The translations under genes and the position numbers were made by a program. A stretch of 64,000 nucleotides of DNA. Source: a virus (Duplodnaviria > Caudoviricetes). The stretch is from the IMG/VR virus record IMGVR_UViG_3300032321_001056, positions 1-64,000 of that record, one strand, 5' to 3'. This document shows positions 46,801 to 55,300 of this stretch, in pieces; positions within the stretch are counted from its first letter, which is position 1, and every line of letters begins with the position of its first letter. The notes beneath the pieces are model-generated. The model ran no database searches. It was not told the origin of the DNA and saw only the letters and a list, made by a program, of their open reading frames with translations.

Positions 46801-47929
46801 CAATAAAGTTATTGTCACCGCCCCCCTGAGGCATGTTCTCCGTTGTGTCAACTGTTATTGTTGACGAAGATGATATAATGTTTGCAGTCAAAACTGAGTT
46901 AATTAGTATTTCATTTGTTTTTTGTATCTGCCAACCTGTGTAAACATGCGCCCGTAAGTCTTTTTTCATATACTTTCCATATGTTGAAGAAGAACTAAAC
47001 AAGCTAAAATCTTTTCCGTTATTATCAAGTTTTAATGAGCAAGTTGAAGAACCACCACCTGCTATCGGGAGGCTTGTCTCATGGACATCTCTTACCTTAG
47101 CAACATTAAAATCCATTACATAGTCTGTAACATCTGTCTGGTAAATAGGGGCTACCTCATTCACCCTTGCACGATCAAGGGGATTCTTGGTAGTATAGAC
47201 AGTTAATACTACTTTGTTTATATTGTTGCTATTTAAGTAATGAGTATTATAATAAGAGTTGTCTGGTATTTCAGAATCAACATTAAATACCAATGTAGCT
47301 GTATTCTCATAGGCTTGAATGTTATAAGATTTAATTTGACCGCTATACTCTGCTGTAATAACTTTAAGCATATTTACAGGTCTTCCTACGAAATTATATT
47401 CAATAATCACTGGGCTGGAAAATTCATAACCATTTCTTGTTGCATGAGTATTACTGGTGCTTTTAACCCCAGAAATAAACCCAAATTCATAATTATCATC
47501 TTTTGATGATGGGAGAGCATGCCATTGACCATTGGCAGTAATAGTTTTGCCAAACTTATCTTTTGCATCACAAACAGCCCATGTAAATGACTGGCGTTCT
47601 ATCCCATTAATTGATTCATTTGGAGTAAAATAATAATCAGACCTGTTTCTTTTATTAAACTCTACCTCTTTGGTAGAGAGGGTGCGGTATGTTGGTGTTA
47701 TTCTGTTAGTCCTTAACAGCATCCCAGAAACTTCTAGGTTAATAGCATTTGTCGTTGCAGCTGTAAATGATGATGTGGAAGATGCAATTTCCGCATTATT
47801 ATATTTACCAACATGCCGACTATCTAGCCAATCAATTAAAATCAAAGGCTTAATTGTTTGAGATATGGCAGTAGTACTTTGAACAAAAGTATTTGATATC
47901 TGCTTACCATATAGACCGTACTGAAGCAT
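43895..47929 (-). CDS. large minor tail/receptor-binding protein with PA14 and LamG-like domains
   Basis: PA14-like FDGYYIPSSSG...LTAGRLYEIRIEF; LamG-like FSIEVY...HIGVTY...YYING...IDEFAIFKKMLTDEEIKKHY. Confidence 0.8.
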   Translation of the reverse strand: MLQYGLYGKQISNTFVQSTTAISQTIKPLILIDWLDSRHVGKYNNAEIASSTSSFTAATTNAINLEVSGMLLRTNRITPTYRTLSTKEVEFNKRNRSDYYFTPNESINGIERQSFTWAVCDAKDKFGKTITANGQWHALPSSKDDNYEFGFISGVKSTSNTHATRNGYEFSSPVIIEYNFVGRPVNMLKVITAEYSGQIKSYNIQAYENTATLVFNVDSEIPDNSYYNTHYLNSNNINKVVLTVYTTKNPLDRARVNEVAPIYQTDVTDYVMDFNVAKVRDVHETSLPIAGGGSSTCSLKLDNNGKDFSLFSSSSTYGKYMKKDLRAHVYTGWQIQKTNEILINSVLTANIISSSSTITVDTTENMPQGGGDNNFIVTINPGTTTQERVLCYKDSYNTLTVVERGFGDTEASDHTIGETVQFDPYEYVPCGIFYVDEWQSSSSDMSVNASLTNWNKFTNEKMITNGYFMQESTIAEAVDNLLLRTNFPKKDIDYFSKPSKTYKKDDAILHFGFDEDTVDRASTTRIPSPSLRARFVALPEKQQNTIKDIKLDANDRALSAEEISLDIITYVSPSFTSTSNVISTQPGGEAEPVALNYQNDSFVASNGSTITDYYNGVFDGYYIPSSSGIHRLNLEVKNCGVRMIFNKNMTEINSWYEVDPGSNVATTFQTEEMDLTAGRLYEIRIEFFHKTDDFGIALKKEFEGAEADWVWAHECVTMPSFDYIGSKSDVTYLDFASGSWSVNTGGNFVERVANRNDGRYVGSALTGQASGVVSDPGNKSVLLASNSYIRVPYHISYDIFDSSSSSYTNEFSIEVYAKFHNGSFAGTGEYISNWSNATSTSGFEFFNTSSSNGFKFKTSTGTATVTSNTALSSSVFTHIGVTYKSNTLKYYINGALANTVTTTGTLLPYTGKDLTIGGRGALFTPETLEEFAVETPPASFRSFYIDEFAIFKKMLTDEEIKKHYIETQMQPVFVMPFIYGNETTIQSLIDTISLADLGRLYIDEYGKARYEHYYRFFEPTIAQHASVQKTFSDDTNIIDASYNVQLQANKVTVKLTGVSTKNNALQGLWSVEDGTTLAVGKLNANIASNAASIPMVTTDKPYFPKSGYVKLDDEIIRYESKSANSLDTLTRAYFNTIAAAHTANTLVREVQQYTITYNSAPAYQVQNPLISGIFNKRPALVEIIKFEPNAYKANLIVAASQYAPDASEVWLKGTDELNNEQSVTAIAGIPIVVQQTNNDIREQTNTLSDNIRLYGLKEIVIENEFITNLAHAKTIADFLISKMSDPVPVLNLTITPTPTIQLGDRIRISSMDSFDIINGDYWVISTEIGYGSQPSQSMVIRKVI

Positions 47930-48988
47930 TTACACCTCTTCCAGCGTTATAGAGCAGTCCCAGAAATAAACATCATTAGACAAATCCCTTCTAATCAATG
48001 ACTCATTATAATCTTTCACCAATACATTATAACTTGTTTCTGTTGGTGGTGTAGCGCCAGACTCATCTAAATTAACTATTTTTAATGTATGATGGCTTGG
48101 GTCTGCCGCTATCGTCTTAATATAATCACGAGCTTCTTTTTGATCCGCCGTATACTCTAGTGAATTAGGGAGCCATGACCATGAGAGACTGAATGTTCTT
48201 CTACCCGCCCTGCTTGTTGATTTATAACGCCTTGTCTTTCTGTTGTTCCAATTAACATTTTGAGTAAAGATTGGCTCAAGACCAGATTCAAATATCCTAT
48301 TGTGATTTGTAATTGCCTTTCCATCAATAAGCATAAATGTTCTAATTACGGATGAATCAACAACCCCATTAACAGCAAACTTAATTGCCTCAGCAGTCAT
48401 ATTTCCCATCTCAACAAGATTAATTCTAATCGTTGCAAGAGTTATTCTACCAGCAACGGTTAATTGCAATGATGATGACAATGCAGAAATTGCTTGAGAA
48501 ATCTTAATGCCAGCACTGCTTAGCGATACAGACGCAGATGTAGCAACAGCCGCTGCTGCTATCTTGATAGATGAAACAGTGGTGCTAGCAGATGATGACA
48601 GTGTTGATGAGGAATTTGCAATTTTCACAACTGTTTGAGACAAAGATGCTGAAGAGCTAGGAGAAGCTTCAGAGTGCGCAAACTTCATCATGGATACAGT
48701 CATTGTTGTATTTGCAGAAACATCCACAAGAGCATCTTGTCTCTCTGTTGCAACAATAGCGGTAACTGATAAACCAGACAAGGCAACAACAGCTTGAGAA
48801 ATCTTATACGAAGTTGCTGTTACATCTGAATTAGATGAAAGAGAGACTGTCGCTGCTGACAACTTGTAGGAATCAACCACCAAGTTTGCAGATGAAGTTA
48901 AAATTACTACTACATCATTTGCATCTGCTGAGTAGAAATCAATACCACTATTCAGGGGCTCCGAGAAGCTAAACCAACTAGCAGTCAT
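47930..48988 (-). CDS. minor tail protein: Ser/Ala-rich repeats plus a distal-tail-like domain
   Basis: Low-complexity S/A region; C-terminal ~130 aa paralogous to 48989..49384. Confidence 0.75.
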   Translation of the reverse strand: MTASWFSFSEPLNSGIDFYSADANDVVVILTSSANLVVDSYKLSAATVSLSSNSDVTATSYKISQAVVALSGLSVTAIVATERQDALVDVSANTTMTVSMMKFAHSEASPSSSASLSQTVVKIANSSSTLSSSASTTVSSIKIAAAAVATSASVSLSSAGIKISQAISALSSSLQLTVAGRITLATIRINLVEMGNMTAEAIKFAVNGVVDSSVIRTFMLIDGKAITNHNRIFESGLEPIFTQNVNWNNRKTRRYKSTSRAGRRTFSLSWSWLPNSLEYTADQKEARDYIKTIAADPSHHTLKIVNLDESGATPPTETSYNVLVKDYNESLIRRDLSNDVYFWDCSITLEEV

Positions 48989-49384
48989 TTAGACCTCCAC
49001 CAAAGAAATCTCAACATCGTAATACGAACACTTTGTTGGCATATGTCTTCTTATCAGTTTTTCTGAATATGAATCAATAAAGCATTCATATTCTGTATAC
49101 CCCTCACCTGGGGCTAGTTCTATCCCGACTGTTACGCTCGCTCTCGTGTTGACTAAATTGCTTAAATAGCTCTGTCCAACCCGACCATCTGCAGTTACAC
49201 TCTGTACACTTGGAAGGTACTTCCAGCTTATTGAAAACTTCTGTTTATTCTTAGAATAGTATCTTCTTCTATGACCGCTAGCCAAATCAATATCGTTAGC
49301 AGCAATTTCCTCATCAACTTTCAATGTTCTTCCGTGCTCTGTAATCTCAACACCGTCAATTGTCAGCAGCTTGTATAGGTCCAT
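48989..49384 (-). CDS. probable distal tail protein
   Basis: Immediately follows the TMP; FSISWKYLP...CSYYDVEISLVEV. Confidence 0.7.
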   Translation of the reverse strand: MDLYKLLTIDGVEITEHGRTLKVDEEIAANDIDLASGHRRRYYSKNKQKFSISWKYLPSVQSVTADGRVGQSYLSNLVNTRASVTVGIELAPGEGYTEYECFIDSYSEKLIRRHMPTKCSYYDVEISLVEV

Positions 49385-52300
49385 TATTGACCCCTATTCA
49401 AACCATTGTATGTTGAAATTACACGATTTTCAAGACCAGCCGCTTTTTGATTTTTTGGCAAAATCTTTGTATTGTAATCTTTCATCATTGAGTTAAACCA
49501 TTCTGGCTCTCCGATAAAGTTGTCAACATATATGTTTACATTCTGTGTTGATGTTGTCATTCCACCAGCCATGTTTCCACTGTATGATGCCTGTGGTACT
49601 GAGAATCCTGCGCTTGGAACATTAAACTTCATTTGATTCATCGCTTCAAGATGAGCCAAGCCGTACTTCTTTACAGCAGCAGCATTAAGAACATATTCTC
49701 CGCCATGAAGAATAGAAGGTACTTCTCCGCCTTCTTTAAAGTTAAGATAACCACCTTTCTTAAAGCGTGGAGGTTCAAAATTACCTTTTTCAAATTCTTT
49801 CCAAATATATCGTGAAGATCTAGACGGTAAAAAACTGCTTATTTTTTCTTTTATTTTTGACATAAAAGTATAAATATCTTTAGTTCTGTTAAACAAATTA
49901 AATCTTTGCTCGCCTATTGGTAAATTTATTTCTGGGTTTTCTAGAAGATTCCACTCCTGCCCTCTCTTTATGCCAAAAACTTTTCCTATTTGTCTTAAAA
50001 GCGGGGAGTCGCCCCAAGCTCCTTGGTCAGTAAGATTATTATAAAGTTGTTGACCTACCTTTCTTTGAATTTCTGCATGATTAAACAATTCCCAAGATTG
50101 CGGTATTATTCTTGGATCGCTATCAATCACTGGAGAACTGGGAGATTGGAATATATTCTTAAAAATATTTATAATTCCTTCTGTTAATTCCTCTTCATCT
50201 GGAATACCGCTCGTTTTTCTAAGACCGAGCATTTTATTAATATATTCATTCCATTTAAATACATCCGCTTCTTCGTCTAAAATTTTTGGCATGTCTCCAG
50301 ACAATTGCAAGCGAGCTTTAACTAAAAGTCTTTGTATTGTTTCATCTAAAGAATTACTATCTCTAAATGAACGGGCTCCAGATATCATATCTAATTCATC
50401 AAACAAATCTATTATTTCCCTATCTATACCTTTCTTTCCAACAATACTTTCTACTGATGGTAATAGATCCCTAGTAGGGTTAGAAATTATTGAACTAGGA
50501 TTTCCAGATTGCAAAACTTTCTTTCCATAATTTTTCAATGCGCCTGGGATTGAATACAGGAATCCATCAGCTTTCAATTCAAATTGTGATGCTCCTTGTT
50601 TAATTTTATTCCATGTCATTTTGGTTCCAATTTCTAAAGCATTCGGGAGCAAAGAGGCATCCATGCCAAGAAGACCAAGCCTATTCATGGCTATATCGCC
50701 CACACCCTTCAACGCTGGTCCGAACATTCTTTTAGCTATTGGAGTAAATGGCTTTGCAACAGCACCAACAATCTTGTCACCGTAAATTGTAGAAATAACA
50801 TTTGCAGCATCTCCAAAACCATACTTTTTGTTATTAGCTATTTGACCAAACCCACCAGTTTTTCCACCAGGAATGTTTAGACCAGTAGCCTGGTTAAGAC
50901 CACGAATCCAGTTCACTCCTTCTTTCTCTGTCCTAAGAACTCTATTGTCCAAATTCTTCATTGGATTAAAGCTATATCTCTTATCCAGCAATGCCATTGG
51001 TGATTCAACAACACTTGCACCTATGTTGTAAGCTGAATCTCCAAGTTTGACAAATGACTGGATCGTGTCTGTAGCCATATTAAGAACACCCTTGCCAATC
51101 CCGCCAACTTTACCCCAGAAACCTTTCTTCTTCTTAGGAAGCATTGGACCAATAAAACCGCCTTGCTCAAAGCGTGGAACTTTAGGACCACCGAAGCGAG
51201 TAACCGATCTACGAACAGCTGAGTCAACATAAGCAAGGGCTTCTTTTTGGGTCAATGTGCTTGGGATTTTTATTTCAGACAATACTTTAAGTGGATTTTT
51301 TGAAACAAATGAATTTGGATCAACATCATCAAAAATATCTGATGATTTTGGCATTCCCTTTGGTCCTCTTACGACATAAACACTTCCACCTGGGGCAGGA
51401 GCTGGATAAGTTCCTTTAACTTTCCCCCACCCAGCTCTTGCACTTGCATTGTCAGTTCCAGTGTATTTCCAACTACCTTCAGTCATACCTGGTTGCATTG
51501 TTGCTTTCTTCAAGAAAGCAAGCGGATCTTTATTCCCAATTGCCGCATCAGCAAAAGGTTTTATTTCAGTTAACCCTTGTGTTGGTGAACTATGAAGGAA
51601 TATTTCTTCACGCTTAATATAATTACGAAGTCTTGCAATATTACTTCTTACTTTATTAAATACACCCGTGATACCACTGTTTTCACGGTACTGTGCGAGG
51701 GCAGTTGCCAATTCTTCTTTTGTTGATGTGATTGGCAATTCTGCCAAAATTTTCTGCCAAGGAGACATTCTGGCTTCTGTCCACATAACATTGGGGTCCA
51801 TTTCAATACCACCTTTTGATCTTGTGATATAGAAAGAAGATGAACTTGGGTCTGACAATTGGCTAACCCCTCCTTCACCAACTCCATACCCTTGCCTTTC
51901 TGCAAAACCTTTTGCATATTTAGCTACATCGTCTACAGTGCCCTGTAGCCAAGAATATGTTTTTCCAGGTAATTGATCACTAGGTCCAGTCCTTAAAGCC
52001 CCCTCAACTGCGTTAATTGATGAAAGACCAGATCTACCAGCATGGATACCAATTTTTTTCGCAAATGGATTAAATTTAATTAATTTATTAAAAATTGAAG
52101 TTAGCGGTCCAGCTTTATAGAAGTCGCTGCCGCTATATGGGAATAAACTAGATGGAGGTACTGGATTCATTGGTGTCATAGGTCTACCACTAGGCGAAAT
52201 ATACGGCGGTTTTTTATTTAATCTTACATACTCTTCATAAAACTCTTTGTTTTTATTTTCTCTTACAGCTCTAATTGCAATATTATCCGATCTAAAAATA

Positions 52301-55300
52301 TTTTTAAACCACCCTTCAACTGGAGCTTCATAATTTCTTAATGTATTACCTAAAGAATCTAACCCACCTTGCTTCCAGCTTCCTCCAAACGCTTTTAAGT
52401 AATCTCCAGCAACAGGGCTTATTTTACTTATTCCTTTTCCTAGAGAAGAAAGGGCTTTTGATTTTGTATATGAAACACCAGCTTTGATAAGACCTGGAAT
52501 TTCTGCGGCATCCATACCAGCGAGACCAAGCCTGTTCATAGCTACATCGCCCATACCTCTCAGAGCAGGCGTGCCATATTTTGCAAGAGCAGGCATTATA
52601 AATCTTTCACCTATGGCACCTGCACCTGCCCCCAAGCCATACATCGCTCCTTGCAGTAACATATTCTTTCCAATATCAAGCGGCTGGAAGCCTTTCTTCT
52701 TGTCAAACGCTTGTTCAACTAATGAACCAATTCCTCCGCCAGCTGCAGAGCCAGCCATACCAGCAGCGACCATTGCAGCGGGACCGCCTGGAGTTGCAAG
52801 TATAGCCGCAAGAGTTCCTCCAGCAATTGCAAATGAATTCTTTGGTCTTAATATTTCTTTACCTATATTGAAAGCACCCTTGCCAACACCAGCGACCTTA
52901 CCCCAGAAACTCTTATTCTTCTTTGGAAGCATTGGACCAATAAAACCGCCTTGCTCAAATTTCTTTACTTTTGGTAGTTGTTTTTTAGTTTTATTTAATT
53001 TTGATTGCATTTGCAACCATGCAGTCCACTGAGGATCTGTTCCGCCAGCAATTGGCGGATTTCCCATACGCCATTGAGCATCCATTCTTGTAACAATAGT
53101 AGGAGCTGCTAGATTGTAACCCATGTTGCTGCGCCAGGCGTTAATATCCGCTGGCAATAAGTACCCCTCCCCTTTGTAAGCTGCATCATAACTCATAATT
53201 GAATTGAGCATTTGTGAACTACTGTTACCACCATACTTATTTTTTAAAGAACTTACATATTCATGAGGGTGATCAAACCCTCCAATATGACCGAACTCAT
53301 GCATAAATACTTCCTTATGAAGTGAAGGATCACCCCACATTAAATTTTTACTTCCAGTATTATAAGCCATTGATGCTGTATTTATTTTTCCATCTTTATT
53401 AAAAACTCCACCAGGTAAATGTATACCTGCACTAGTCTGCCCAGCCCACCATTTATTGGGCTGATAAGCAGTGTTTACATCAAGAAGCATTTGATTTCTT
53501 CTATTTAATTTTGATTTCTCTAATAATGGACCAGCAAATTCAAAAGGAATACCTAAATATGTTGACATTGTAGCCATTGCATCGGATATACCTTGGTGCA
53601 TGGTGAGCATCCTTCTATGATCTGTTGAAAATCCATCAGCCTCTTCGTTATGACGATTTGCGGCTATTCTATAAGCAGCATCACCGTCATTTCTTAATAA
53701 ATCATCATCATTCCAATAAAGTGGATTTACATATATTTTCTTTAGCCCTCTGATTATCAAAGCATTATTTGGCTTATAATTAACCATTCCACGAGCAATT
53801 TCTTGCTGAGTGTTTATAGCATCATTAACATATGCCAATTGAGGAGGCATATTGCCTACAAATTGAGGTTCAGGCAGATGAGAGTAATAACTATTACCGC
53901 CTATTGATTCTTCATGGTCTTTACGAAGCTGATCAATATATATATCAAGAGCTTCAGGAAAATCACCGCCCATTTTTTTCTTGTAATCTTTAATTTGAGT
54001 CTTCCAAGGTTCTTTATTGACATCAAACGCTGGTTTCTTTTCAAAAGTTGTTTGATTTTGATTACCACCCTTACCTTTCTTGCCAAAAAACCAAGACAAA
54101 GGATTCAAATTCTTGAGCTTTGGCAAGCCAAAGCTCTTGAGCCTTGGTAAGCCAAAGCCAGGCTTCAAAAAACCGCCAAGTTTGAATTGTGGAATCATTC
54201 CGCCGAGGTATTTTTTAACACCACTATCTGATCTTGTCCACCTGTTCTTTCCATCCCATACTATGGAAACATCTTCACCTTTCTTTCCGCCCAGTGGGAT
54301 TCTATCTGTTGGGTAGTAGCCAAGAATATGGCGATACCGAACAGGAAAGCCAAATGAGCCTACTGGTTCACCTATGTGGTCTTTCCATGTGGTCATTTGC
54401 GGTTGTCTATCTGCTCCGCCTCCTTCATGATGAATCCAAGGCGGATCTGGTTGATTTGTATAACCAGCCCAAGGAGCATCTGGTTCATAACTTCCATCTT
54501 GTGGGTATCGTTTTTCAGGCGGAATAATTGGAGTTATTCTTCCACGCCTTCTTGAATTTGGGTCTTGTTCTTTAGGAATTTGCCTTCTTGAAGATGGATT
54601 GCCTTTTACCCTAATTTGATCTTCATAACGATCTGGACTTACATGACCTCTAGACCAAATCCAAGGATCACCAGCTTTTCTCAAAAAACCACCATTTGCA
54701 AAACCTAGAGCCTTATCAAATTTTTTCAATTCATTAAGAGGCTGGAAAAATACCCTATTTTTTCTTACACCTTCATACCCATCCAGGAACTTAGGTTGTC
54801 TATAGTATTCATATTGGCTATCTGGAATTCCCTTAAAGGCAACCATTTCAGCAATCTTTACTTGATCTTGCCAAGATGGAGTTGCATTTGGATTATTAAA
54901 GTTTCCTACATCAACACCAGTTTGCTTCTTATAAGCATTGCTATAAATCTGCCATGTTTTTCTTGCAATATTTAATGGACCAACAAATACTCCACGACTT
55001 GTTTTTGTTGTTGCACCGAGCGCATTCATCCAATCAGGACCAGATTCAGATCTAGCTATTGCAGCCCAGTCAAGCATGTGCATTGTTGTTCCAGTTGCTT
55101 TACCAGACCTGATGTTTACATTTGGAACGGTATAAGATTGACCACTATTATTAGTAAATGTTCTAAGGCTACTGTCATCACTTGGATTAATTGGCTCAGA
55201 ATCTTTTGGTCTTCTTCTTACTGCACCGCCACGAGCAAATCCAGGCGCTGTCATATATCCACCGTTTGCAAAACCTGGAGCTGTCATATAACCGCCATTT

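Noticed and set aside
47930-49384. Immunity genes for the TMP-borne toxin-like domains
   Set aside because: The ORFs directly downstream are paralogous distal-tail-like structural genes; no small immunity-like ORF is present
50650-52570. Diversity-generating retroelement template/variable repeat pair
   Set aside because: Differences are mainly at third codon positions rather than adenine-specific, and no reverse transcriptase is present in the window
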